The position numbers were made by a program, and so were the translations under genes. A DNA stretch of 64,000 nt from Flaccisagitta enflata (Eukaryota): the NCBI GenBank assembly GCA_965153355.1, contig OZ231126.1, positions 19,158,001-19,222,000 of the forward strand. Reading direction: 5' to 3'. This document shows, in pieces, positions 13,107 through 31,116 of this stretch. How positions within the stretch are numbered: the stretch's first letter is position 1; every line of letters begins with the position of its first letter. The notes below the pieces were generated by a model. That model saw nothing but the letters and a program-made list of their open reading frames with translations, did not search any database and had not been told where the DNA came from.

Positions 13107-16100
13107 CAGTACGAGAATCGAAGAATTGACTAACTCCAGGGAAGCGATATCTGCCAAACCGCTTGGAATCAATCTAAAATTTTTTACCCTATTATGCACC
13201 TATAAGTCCTCTATATTGCATACGGTTTTGGAGCGAATCCGAGAATTTCATTTTTGTCCGCGACGGAATATCATTCCGACGCGGACTATAATTCAAGGCG
13301 GGTGGGTGTCGTCGTCGTTGTCGTTGTTGTCGTCGTCACGGATTTTAAAAAATGGATAACTTTTTTATGCTTTGACCGATTTGGTTCATATTTGGTGGGA
13401 AGTTGCACTAGCTTAAGGCGCTTTACATCCTATCCGATTTTTGTGATCCGACCAACCCAACCGGCCCAACCAGCTTACCGACCTAAAAGTGAAAAACGTG
13501 CATAACTTTGGCATTTTTCAACCGATTTGGCTGAAATTTGGTATGGAGTCTCTAAATGGACGGACTCAACATATGTATATGATTTATATGCATTTGAGCA
13601 TGCTAACTGGCCAAACCGACCTACCACCCAACCAGCCAACCGGCCTAAAAGTGAAAAACTTGCATAACTTTGTCATTTTTCAACTGATTTGGTTGAAACT
13701 TGGTATGGAGTCTCTAAATGGAAGAACTCAACATATGCGCACTATTTATCCTGTCAAACCAGCCTACCACCCAACCAGCCTACTGGCCTAAAAGTGAAAA
13801 ACGTGCATAACTTTGGCATTTTTCAACCGATTTGGTTGAAATTTGGTATGGAGTCTCTAAATGGAAGGACTCAACATGTGTGTGTGATTTATATGCATTT
13901 GAGCATGCTAACCGGCCAAACCGACCTACTACCAACCAGCCAACCCGCCTAAAAGTGAAAAACTTGCATAACTTAGTCATTTTTCAACTAATTTGCTGAA
14001 ACTGGTATGGGGTCTCTAAATGGAAGAACTCAACATATGCGCACTATTTATCCTGTCAAACCAGCTTACCACCCATCCAGCCTACCAGCCAAAAGTGATA
14101 AATATGCATATCTTTGGCGTTCAACCAATTTGGTTGAAATTTGGTATGGAGTCTCTAAATGGAAGGACTCAACACATATATGTGATTTTTTAATGGTTGA
14201 GCATGCTAACCGGCCAAACCAACCTACCCCCCAACCAGCTTACCGGCCTAAAAGTAAAAACTTACATAAATTGGACATTTTTCAACCAAATTGGTTGAAA
14301 CTTGGTATGGAGTCTCTAAATGGAAGAACTCAACAAACGCACACTATTTATCTAAACCAGCCTACCACCCAACCACCCTACTAGCCTAAAAGTGAAAAAT
14401 GTGCATAACTTTGTCATTTTTCAACGGATTTGCATGAAACTTTGTATGGTGGCTCTAAATGTAAATACTTATAGTTTTAGCAAACTTACAGGGTTAGCGA
14501 TCTTTCGGTCATAGCGATCTTACGGAATTGGTGATCTTTAACCCCCTTCCGTCGCGGACCCAGATACTGTTCAGATTTTTTTTTCTACAAAAAAATTTTT
14601 TTTAGTTTTTTTGCTGATTTTAACCACAAAAATCACACACAAAAAAAATTCTTTCATATGTATATTAGTAAGACACATTTACATAAAATTCATTTTTTGT
14701 TGGAGATTTTCCGCCCATTTTTGGGGCTACGGCACCCAAAACTCAAAAAACACAAAAAGTGGAATATCTCCTCAGGTTTTCCATAAAATCTTTTGATTTT
14801 TGGTGTGGTAGTAGTTTTTGGACTCACTAATAAGTGTGTAAAATTTCAGTTATGAAATTTTGAAATATTCACAAAATGCAATGTAAAAGGTTTTACCCTC
14901 CAAAAATTTTTTTTAAAATAAAAAAAATTGCCGATTGTTATTTTTTGATATAGTTAATTATAAATTAAGAGTTTCTGAAAAAATTTTTTAACTAGCCCTC
15001 ATAGAAAAAATTTTTTTTTCTCAAAAATCGTGGAAATGACCCCTTTTTTAAAGTTGAATAAAAACTGTTCCTGTCATCCGATCATCTTCATTTTTGGTGG
15101 AGTTGTTACCTATTATCTACCCTAACTTCACCTAAAATTTGAGCTCACTGCGCCAAACGGTTGTGGAGATATTGATGTTCAAAGTTACTTTGTCAGAGCA
15201 AAATCAGCAAAATTGCCATTTTGGCCATTTTTGAGCTTGCATAAAATTTCATTTTTTCTTCCAGAGACCTCCATTTTGGCTGAAGTTACTCAGGTTTAAG
15301 CATATATTCATATTCCAAAATTTTACACTTGTCAGCCAAGCCGTTTTAGGGATATGATGGTCCAAAGTTTTAAAAAACGCCAATTTTTCAACCAAATCTT
15401 AGGGAAAAAAATAAGCAAAAAATTTTCATAAAATGGTTTCCAAAAGGGGGTTCAACACAATTGGGAATTATCTTATTCACCCAGATTCAAAACCTTGAGG
15501 ACAACTTTTTTTTCAAATTTTTTGGAAAAATTTTCATTGTAATTTTTGTTTAAAGATTGGCGTTTTTTTAAACTTTGGACCATCATATCCCTAAAACGGC
15601 TTGGCTGACAAGTGTGAAATTTTGGAATATGAATATATGCTTAAACCCGAGTAACTTCAGCCAAAATGGAGGTCTCTGGAAGAAAAAATGAAATTTTATG
15701 CAAGCTCAAAAATGGCCAAAATGCTAATTTTGCTCTGACAAAGTAACTTTGAACGTCAATATATCCTTAACCGTTTGGCGCAGTGAGCTCAAATTTTAGG
15801 TGAAGTTAGGGTAGATAATAGGTAACAACTCCACCAAAAATGAACTCCACCAAAAACAATTCCACCAAAAATGAAGATGATCGGATGACAGGAACAGTTT
15901 TTATTCAACTTTAAAAAAGAGGTCATTTTCACGATTTTTGAGAAAAAAATTTTTTTTCTAAGAGGGCTAGTTAAAAAATTTTTTCAGAAACTCTTAATTT
16001 ATTATTAACTATGTCAAAAAATAACAATTGGCAAAATTTTTTATTTCAAAAAAAAATTTTGGAGGGTAAAACCTCTTACATTGCATTTTGTGAAAATTTC

Positions 16101-16553
16101 AAAATTTCATAACTGTGTCCAAATTTTTTTTGAAGAACAGAAATTTTGCACACGTATTAGTGAGTCCAAAAACTACTACCACACAAAAAATCAAAAGATT
16201 TTATTGAAAACCTGAGGAGATATTCCACTTTTTGTGTTTTTTGAGTTTTGGGTGCCGTTGCCCCAAAAATGGGCGGAAAATCTCCAACAAAAAATGAATT
16301 TTATGTAAATGTGTCTTACTAATATACATATGAAAGAATTTTTTTCGTGTGTAATTTTTGTGGTTAAAATCAGCAAAAAACTGAAAAAGATTTTTTTGTA
16401 AAAAAAAATGAAATTCTCGGATTCGCTCCAAAACCTTATGCAATATAGAGGACCTATAGGTGCATAATGGGGTAATAGATTTTAGCTAGATTCCTAGCGG
16501 TTTGGCAGATATCGCTTCCCTGGAGTTGGTCAATTCTTCGATTCTCGTACTCG
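13107..16553. mobile_element. Foldback element (~2.1-kb palindrome, ~1-kb arms, TA flanks) interrupted by HINE-A
   Basis: TA|CAGTACGAGAATCGAAGAATTGAC... vs ...GTCAATTCTTCGATTCTCGTACTCG|TA. 13107-13255 plus 14577-~15390 is the reverse complement of ~15550-16553; the ORF track shows near-identical peptides on opposite strands (14611+ and 16191-). Confidence 0.9.
13256..14576 (+). mobile_element. HINE family A copy 2, inserted into a T-run of the foldback arm
   Basis: Same 5' end as 700; ~7 tandem 143-162-bp units; 3' TCCGTCGCGGAC. The opposite arm of the host shows the empty T/A-run site. Confidence 0.85.
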
Positions 16554-17425
16554 TATCTCGTGCCGGTTTTAAAAAGCGGACGTTCGCTTCTCTTGGTCCC
16601 GTCTTAGCTGCAGGGCTGCAGAAAGTATTTGAGAACGCAAGCGAGGTAAGATGGAAAGAAAAGTTAGGTCGTGGAAAAAAGTTGAAAATGAATATATGCA
16701 TTACAATAGGAAGGTAAATGTGCCCGTTGGAAACAAAACATTTCCTGCATGGCTATTTAGCTGGATGCAACTGGATGTAACTGCCGCTATTGCGGAATGC
16801 GGTTTCCTTTTTCGGCCAGATACAGCTGGTTTTTGACACGCGCACAGCCGCACACTCTCGTTTCGATTTCATAATGCAATCTCACGTAGGCTTTTGTAAA
16901 CATGTAAAATGAAAATTCTCGCGATCTCGACTGTAATGACCGTCGCGATGACCATCTCTTTTTAATCGTACCCATGACCCGCTCGTGAATGCTCACGTGT
17001 GACCCAATCGACTCGTTTCGCTCATTCAGTCATCAAGGAGGGACCGTCAGTGTTCATGCGCCTTGACTGTAGTGATTTACAGTCGCGCTTGACCCTCGTT
17101 TTGAACTTCCGGGTCCGCTTCTATTCGATGATATTTCTGACAATGATCCCTATGTACAAATTCACATACGCCATTCTCATGGCGGTTACGCTTTGCTTAG
17201 CTCATGGATATGGATATTTTCTTGTCGATAATGCATCTTACGCTGATCGCTCGTGGTTTTTTTTGTAATTTTGCTGAGAAAAGAATTTATGCGATTTTGA
17301 CTGTCAATGAAGTCGGCCAAGGATGAAAATGTTGGCCGTAAAGCTGTTGGATTTTCATAGCAAATTTGTGGCCGTTTTTGCCTCTGATCTTTTCAACTTC
17401 AAGGGTAGAAAATTTCAGCCTAATC

Positions 17426-18212
17426 CAGGGGGAGGAAAGCTAACAACTTGTTAGCCACTCTGAGCTTTTTTTAGCTTTTTTTATCTTTTTGCACCACTTA
17501 AAATTTTGCTAAAAAAGGTTAAAAATGGATAAAAAGAGCTAAAAAACGCTTTAAAAATTATTCCGTGGTGCAAAATTTTGGAGTCTGTTTTGACTTTTTA
17601 GCTCCTTTTAGCTTTTTTGAACTCTTTTTAGCTTTTTTTAACTCTTTTTAGTTGTAACTTTTAGCTTTATTTAGCTTTTTTTAGCTTTTTTGGACCTACT
17701 ATCTTTTTTGGATTTTTAGCTCTTAATTAAATGTTTTTGTCTTTTTTGAGCTCTTTTTAGCTTTTTTTAACTCTTTTTAGTTGTAACTTTTAGCTTTTTT
17801 TAGCTTTTTACAGCTTTTCTTACAGCTTTTTACAGCTTTTCTTACAGCGTTTTACAGCTTTTCTTTTTTTTGTACCTTGTTATATTTTTTGGATTTTTGG
17901 CTCTTTATTAGCTCTTTTTAGTCTTTTTTAGCTGTTTTTAGCTTTTTTGCTTGTGGTTTTTTGCAAAAACTCAGAGCTGCTGTTAACATTTTTAAGCTTA
18001 TTTTAGTATTTTTTAGCCTTTATTAACTGTTTTTAGCCTTTTCCCGTTTTTAGCCTTTTTTAGCTTTTTTTAGCTTTTTTTAGTGTTTTTTAGCTTTTTT
18101 TAACCTTTTTTAACTTTTTGCACCACTTAAAATTTCAAAAGCGCTAAAAAAAGATAAAAAAAGCTTAAAAAAGCTCAGAGTGGCTAACAAGTTGTTAGCT
18201 TTCCCCCCCCTG
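17426..18212. mobile_element. Non-autonomous TIR element with 6-bp TSD (CTAATC)
   Basis: CTAATC|CAGGGGGAGGAAAGCTAACAACTTGTTAGCCACTCTGAGC ... GCTCAGAGTGGCTAACAAGTTGTTAGCTTTCCCCCCCCTG|CTAATC; interior is degenerate (AGCTTTTTT)n. Confidence 0.85.
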
Positions 18213-19130
18213 CTAATCCTTAGACATTGAGTGTCATCATAAATAAACTACTGATCTCTCTCTTCTCTCCCTGCCTCGAATTTTATCGCGCGCGAACAAG
18301 TTGATTCACCCAAGCGAAAATGAATCGATTTTTGCCGTTCTCTAAATCTGACTGACAACAAGTTGGTCATCGATCATTTTTAGTATTTTGAATTATTGTT
18401 ATGGTTTGGTTAGTTTTTTTTATGGTCGTCAGTTGATGACTCTACAAGTGGTAATCTTGGTTTGTCGGTCATAGTTGACATGTTGGTGGTCATAGGTAGT
18501 GATGTTAAAGATATAGCAAATGGAGGTCGAAAGGCCTAACCTATGCTTTTGATATCGACTTTACGCTTGTCTCTGCTTGATCTCGTCAAAGGACGCATCG
18601 TTGGGCTATTTGACTCACGTAACCATTCTGTGCTCACTGGATTTTGTCCGTGAACCCGGAATCGGCGGATAAGAGAAAGAAAGTTGACAGCCAAATGTCA
18701 ATATTTTTGCTGAGGCGACGGCCAACGGATGAACTGACAGACTGACAATCCGATGAACAAAAGAAGATAATGTTGTCTCCCTTTTTGGGCAGCGCTCCGA
18801 ATGGGGTGAATGGCTAATGATTTTACATATGTGGTATTTTCTTGTTCTCACTTCCTCCGTCTAAGTTTTAGCCACGAGACCCAAATATTTACTTCAAGGC
18901 CCAAACAGGTTCCATCCGCAACTAAAATTCACTCATTGGCCTAGTCAAGTTCAAGGCATTTATTCTTGTATAACAAGAACGCCGATTAGAGCTTCAAGCT
19001 ATTTGTCTAGATTTAGGCCATATGACATAAGGCCATATCCCATATGTCAGCAGAATTCAGATTCCCGAGGTTTGTGCGGGTCATCTGCTGCATTGGAGCC
19101 ACTGTCCCTCTCGCTTTTATTTATCATGTT

Positions 19131-21784
19131 GGTGGTTTCAGCACAGATCAGTAAAACTAAAAACCCTCAAAAAATAGAATTGGCTCTTTTTTGGTGTAAA
19201 GGTACCCCTTGGGGAGTTATTCACGAATCCCGAATATTTTTACTCTTGGACCTATATTTTGGGTTTTACCGGGTTTGAAATTTTGACCCCCAGGGGTACC
19301 CCCAAAACATAACAAGGCCAACACCTATAAGTTGCGTGCGAGGCTTATACAATTACTTAATTACATAATCGCCTAATTATTTAAGTACATTATTTCCTGT
19401 AATGACAATGACTATAATTGCCTATAAGTAGCCATGATTACTTTGAATTACATAACCACCTATATTACCAAAAAATGACCTTTAATTACCTATTATCACA
19501 TAATTACTCATAATTACATGACCTATTATTACCCATGATAACCTATGATTACCTAAACCTAGAATGACCTACAATTACCTATAAAATAATAGGAATTACC
19601 TGTAATTACCTATGATTACATAATGACCTATAATTGCCTATAATGACCTATGATTACCTATAATTACCTAAAATTGCATAATGACCTATAATTGCATAAT
19701 GACCTATAATTACCTGTAATTACCTATAATTGTCTATTGACCTATAATTACCTATAATGACCTATGATTACCTATAAATAATTTTAATTACCTATAATTA
19801 CGTAATGACCTATAATTACCTTTAATGACCTTTGATTACCTAAAATTACCTATAATTTCATAATGACCTACAATTACCTATAATTACCTTTAATTACCTA
19901 TGATGACCTATAATTATATAATAACCTATAATTACCTATAATTACCTATAATTACCTATAATTACATAATGACCTATGATTATCGATAATGACCTATAAT
20001 TGCATAATGACCCATAGTTACCTATAATTACCTAAAATGACCAATAATGACCTATAATTACCTATAATTACATAATGACCTATAATTACCTATGACCTAT
20101 GATTACCTACGATAGCATAATGACCTGTAATGACCTATGATTACCTATGATTACCTATTATTACCTTTAATTACCTATAACTGCATAATGACCTACAATT
20201 ACCTATTATGACCTATGATTACCTATTAGTACCTATAATTACATAATGACCTATAATTACCTATAATGACCTATAATTACCTGTAATGACCTAAAATTAT
20301 CTATGATTACCTATAGTTACCTATAATTACATGATGACCTATAATTACCAATAAAGACCTATAGTTGGATAATGACCTATCATTGCCTATAGTTACCTAT
20401 AATGACCTATAATTACCTATAATTACATGACCTATAATTACCTATAATGACCTGTGATTACCTATAATTACCTATAATGACCTATGATTACCTATAATTG
20501 CATAATGACCTATGATTACTTATAATTACCTATAATTGCATAATGACCTATGATTACTTATAATTACCTAAAATTGCATAATGACCTATAATTATGTAAA
20601 GAATGACCTAAATTGACTTAAAAAAACTAAAATTCAAAAATGACATAAAATGACTTAAATTGACTTATACTGCCTTAAATTGACTTATACTGAGTTAAAC
20701 TGACTTAGATTGACTTGAATTCACTTAAAATGACTTAGAATGACCTAGATTGACTTAAATTGACTAAAATTCAATAATGACTCAAATGACTTAATTTAAC
20801 TTAAAGTGACTTAGAATGACTTAAAATGACTTAAAATGATCTAATTTGACTCAAAATCACTTAATTGACTTAAAATGACTTGATAGGAATAAAACGAATA
20901 AAAAAAGTAAAATGGGGACCGACCGACCGACCAACCGACCGACCAACCAACCGACCGATGGACGGACAAAGCGGGGTATAGAGTCGCGTGCACGCGACTA
21001 AAAAAGCTATATCAGCCATTTTTTATGATAAAAGGACAAACTTGGTGTCAATCTTGTATTACCTCAAAGAATCTATTGAGAAAAAATTTGAACCGAAAAT
21101 ATTCATTTTGGGGGTTTTTACCCCTAGGGGTAGTATTTGGGGGTACCCCGGGGTACCTAGTATGTAAAAATTTTGTAAAAAAAGTTAAAAAAAAATTCTA
21201 CGTTTGTGATTTCATATTTAAGAATAAAAAATATGGGACCTTAACTCCTTAGTGCCAAAAAAAAAACACAGCTGAAAATAGAGGTTAGGGCTAATTTTCA
21301 AGGATTTTGGCATTTTTAGTCATTGTTAAAAATGACCATACCACCAATTTTTGGCCCTTTATTTAGACACTAAGGAGTTGAGGTCCCATATTTTAACAAA
21401 AGTGGAAGAATAGTTTTCCAACCTTTTTTTTCAAAGTTTTTACGTAGTAGGTACCCCGGGGTACCCCAAGGAACTACCCCTAGGGGTAAAAACCCCCAAA
21501 ATGATTATTTTTGGTTCCGATTTTTTTCCCAACAGATTCTTTGAGCTAATACAAGAAGATTGACACCAAGATTGTCCTTTTATCATAAAAAATGGCTGAT
21601 ATATGACTATTTAAAGGTTTGGGGGTACCCCTAGGGGTCAATATTACAAACCCCCGTAAAACCCAAAATATGGATCCAAGAGTAAAAATATTCAGGATTC
21701 GTGAATAACTCCCCAAGGGGTACCTTTACACCAAAAAAGAGCAAATTCTATTTTTTGAGGGTTTTCAGTTTTACTGAAACCACC
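19131..21784. mobile_element. Foldback TIR element with 6-bp TSD (CATGTT), interrupted by a HINE
   Basis: CATGTT|GGTGGTTTCAG... and ...CTGAAACCACC|CATGTT. Long inverted arms (19131-19308 plus 21006-21255 vs ~21365-21784) rich in GGGGTACCCC. Confidence 0.85.
19311..21005 (-). mobile_element. Long HINE family B copy (reverse) carrying (ATTACCTATA)n and (TGACTTAAA)n satellites
   Basis: AACAAGGCCAACACCTATAAGTTGCGTGC at the left end; GGGGACCGACCGACC...GAGTCGCGTGCACGCGACTAAAAA at the right end; ~1.5 kb of degenerate 9-10-bp repeats inside. Confidence 0.8.
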
Positions 21785-22316
21785 CATGTTCCCAAAGTTT
21801 TTTGGGGGGGCAACGGCCATCGGGTGCCGCTGAATCTCCAACGGTATTACGAAAATTGCGTTCTTTTACCAATCATCATCGATCCAAAAAAAAAAAAAAA
21901 TTGTTTACCCGTTTGTATCTGGGCGAGGTTTCTTTTTAATGAGCTCCATCAAGTTAATGATGGACAATTGTTTCCTGAAGAATTTTATCGGTACCATTGG
22001 CCAGCGATTTAATGACCATTGGCCGACGATTTAATGACCAGGCAGGAAAAGAATGCACATACATCAAGCTGACAAGGTTGCGTAAGTGGCTGTCGAGAAA
22101 ACATTGGTTTGTGAAGTGATGTTACCTACATCAAAAGGCTCATAATTCTACTTGCTCGATCGATATTTTTATAGGGCAGCTCTGTTTTTTTGGGGGGCTC
22201 CGCGAGTTTTGTCAAGTAAGAGGGTAGTGAAAGATAGATAATTGAATAAAACCGCGTGGACGCAAAATGTATCGGCAGTACGTGATCTTCATTTATCTTC
22301 CATTTCAGGGCGAAAG

Positions 22317-27420
<5,104 letters not shown>

Positions 27421-27680
27421 ATGAGCAATGGAAGGGAACGAACGATGGAAACAATTGACTACTAATCATACGCATAAGTTTTGATCGACCTTGACACTAA
27501 AATTTTGACATTTTTTAGCCCGCCGTAATCGACAAATTAACGTTCCGGGATTGTCTCTTCCTGTCTCGAAAATAGCATGATGAAAGTAAGTATAACCGAA
27601 GCTACTAACTGTGATTTCTTTTCTTAAATAAAATCGTATTCGCTAAATATTCCTGTTTTTAAAGCGTCGTAAATTTGTTG

Positions 27681-28020
27681 CCGGGTGGCAGAAACAGGGG
27701 CACACTTGGCACATTGTGCCTCGGAACTATAGCTCAAACGTCGGACTGATAGATTTGATATTAGAAAAAATTAGGGTAAAAGCAGAAAAATAGGAGGAAA
27801 ACGGAAAAATCAGAAGGATTAATAGGATTCTAGGTTTGATCACTTATTCTTTTGATGTGGGGACTCTTAGTTTCCATGAAATTAAAGATAAGATGCAGAA
27901 AACTAGTAGTTTTAACAACTTGTATGCAGTATTTACATAATAACAGTTGATTTTATCAAGTCGGACTTATAGCGCTGCGAAAACTTGTGCCTCGGACCCA
28001 TAGAATTTTCTGCCACCCTG
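27681..28020. mobile_element. hAT-type MITE with 8-bp TSD
   Basis: ATTTGTTG|CCGGGTGGCAGAAA ... TTTCTGCCACCCTG|ATTTGTTG; C(A)GGG-type TIRs with an 8-bp duplication are typical of hAT. Confidence 0.85.
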
Positions 28021-29109
28021 ATTTGTTGTACAGTCCCATGTTCTGACTTTCACCAAGCTGATACGAATAGACGAAAGTGAAATATAAGGTGTATACTCCC
28101 CAATGATGTCAATGATGTCAATTAAACAGCTCCTGCAAAATTCGATTTAAATCTGAAGTCTGGTTTATGAGATATAAACTCCTTTATGTAGTAACATAAT
28201 ACTGCTGTGGCAGAGGGTGAACAGTCCATTGAGGAGATTCGCAGATTTCTCATTTGCATATTGCGGATGACCATTTATTTGTTCATAAATTTTTGTGAAA
28301 TGCATTTATTAGTTTGATATTATGCTACACTTACTCATGTTGTTGTCCAGCTTTATAGCAATTGCATTATTATGATTTTAATGAAAATTAACTAGTTATT
28401 TAGTTACTTGTAAGTCCCAACACTGAGTCACTTAATAGTATTCAGGAGATTTGGTTGGGTGGAAGGTTCTCCATCACTTACTTTTGCCATCACGAATTTC
28501 GAGGCAAAGCGTCATGGATTCCAAGGACCAAGGTGTGCAATCTTGGATTTGATATTCAAGGAATGTCGTCATGGACTTCAAGGATTAAGGTATGCCGTCA
28601 TGAACTTCAAGGTATGCCGTCATTGACGTCAAGGTATGCCGTCATTGACGTCAAGGTATGCCGTCATTGACTTCAAGGTATGCGGTCATCGATTTGGTGG
28701 ACGACAAAAATGTCCAATCTGTTTTGTCCCACTCGAAAAATGTCCAAAATGTCAAATGTCCACTCCCAAAATGTCCAAAACCAGTTTTCTCTTTGTTGCA
28801 TTGCGACCAACTTGTCTTTTTTGTCATTTTCGTCCGTCCATCTTCTACAATGCTCACCAAGAAAATATTCATTTTGACAAATTTGTCATTTTTGTCATTT
28901 TTGTCTATCCATCTTCTACAATGCTCACCAAGAAAATATCTACGTTGACAAATTCGTCATTTTTGTCGTTTTTGTCATTTTCGTCCGTCCATCTTGTACT
29001 ATGCCCAACAAGAAAATATTTATTTTGACAAACTCGTCATTTTCGTCCAATTTGTCCTTTTCGTCACATTTGTCCGTCCACATTTTATGATCCTCATAGA
29101 AAGATATAT

Positions 29110-31075
29110 TTATTTTGACAAATTCGTCGAGTTCGTCCTTTTTGTCAAATTTGTCAAAATATTCTCTTACTCTATAGAGGTTGAGAAAGACTGGACAAAT
29201 CTGTCCAAAGTTAGACAATTTGTCTGAATACATTAATACACTAAAGACTGGAGAAGGATGGACGAATTTGTCCAAAGTTAGACAATTTGTCAAAATAGAT
29301 TAATACTCTAAAGACTGGGGAAGGATGGACAAATTTGTCCAAAATTGGACAACTTGTGGAAATATTTTCTTTTCTTCATAGAGTGGTAGCATAGAGGTTG
29401 AGAAACAATGGACGAATTTGTCCAAAATTGGACAATTTGTCGAAATACATTGATACTTTAAAGACTGGAAAAGGGTGGACGAATTTGTCCAAAGTTTGAC
29501 AATTTGTCGAAATAGATTAATACTCTAAAGACTGGGGAAGGCAGGACGAATTTGTCCAAAGTTTGACAATTTGTCATAATAAATCAATACTTTAAAGACT
29601 GGGGAAGGATGGACAAATTTGTCCAAAATTGGACAACTTGTGGAAATATTTTCTTTTCTTCATAGAGGTTGAGAAACAATGGACGAATTTGTCCAAAATT
29701 GGACAATTTGTCGAAATACATTGATACTTTAAAGACTGGAAAAGGGTGGACGAATTTGTCCAAAGTTTGACAATTTGTCGAAATAGATTAATACTCTAAA
29801 GACTGGGGAAGGCAAGACGAATTTGTCCAAAGTTTGACAATTTGTCATAATAAATCAATACTCTAAAGACTGGGGAAGGATGGACAAATTTGTGCAAAAT
29901 TGGACAATTAGTGAAAATATTCCCTTAGCCAGGATTGACGAATTTGTCCAAAATTAGACAATTTGTCAAAACATTCCCTTACTCTAAAGAAGTGGAGAAA
30001 GAATGGACGAATTTGTCCAAAGTTGGACAATTTGTCGAAATACATTCATACCCTAAATACTGCAGAAGGATGGACAAATTTGTCCAAGGTTGGACAATTT
30101 GTCGAAATGCATTAGTACTCTTAAGACTGGGGAAGGATGGACAAATTGGACAACATGTGGAAATGTTTTCTTTTCTCTATAGAGGTTGAGAAAGAATGGA
30201 CGAATTTGTCCAAAGTTGGACAATTTGTCGAAATACATTATTACTCTAAAGACTGGAAAAAGGTGGACGAATTTGTCTAAAATTTGACAATTTGTCAAAA
30301 TAGATTGATACGCTAAAGACTGGGGAAAGCAGGACGAATTTATCCAAAGTTTGACAATTTGTCGAAAAATAAATCAATACTCTAAAGACTGGGGAAGGAT
30401 GGACAAATTTGTCCAAAATTAGACAATTTGAAAATATTCTCTGAGCCAGGTTTGACGAATTTGTCCAATATTAGACAATTTGTCTAAACATTCTCTTACT
30501 CTACAGAAGTTGAGAAAGAATGGACGAATTTGTCCAAAGTTGGACTATTTGTCGAAATACAAGAATACTGTAAAGACTTGGGAAGGATGGAAATTTGTTC
30601 AGAGTTTGACAACTTGTCGAATTAATTAATACTCTAAAGACTGGGGCAGGATGGACAAATTTGTCCAGTATTGGACAATTTGTTAAAATGTTCTCTGAGT
30701 CAGGATTGTCGAATTTGTCCAAAATTGGACGATTTGTCAAAACATTCTCTTACTCAATAGAAGTTGAGAAAGATTGGACGAATTTGTCCAAAGTTGGACA
30801 ATTTGTCGAAATACATTAATACTCTAAAGACTGGAGAAGGATGGACGAATTTGTCCAAAATTGGACAACTTGTGGAGATGTTCTCTGAGTCAGGATTGTC
30901 GAGTTTGTCCAAAATTGGACAATTTGTCAAAACATTCTCTTACTCTATAGATGTTGAGAAAGAACGGACGAATTTGTCCAAAGTTGGACAGTTTGTCGAA
31001 ATACATTAATACTCTTAAAGACTGGGGAAGGATGGACAAATATGTCAAAAGTTTGACAATTTGTCGAAATAAATT
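29110..31075. repeat. ~62-bp satellite with palindromic core
   Basis: Core TGGACGAATTTGTCCAAAGTTGGACAATTTGTC recurs roughly 30 times with a few related linker types. Confidence 0.9.
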
Positions 31076-31116
31076 AGTTCTCCGGGAACATATACCTTAA
31101 AAAATGTCCTTTTTTT

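Noticed and set aside
29110-31075. CRISPR-like palindromic repeats with ~30-bp spacers
   Set aside because: Linkers are homologous and recur, there are no cas genes, and the context is eukaryotic; it is a satellite.
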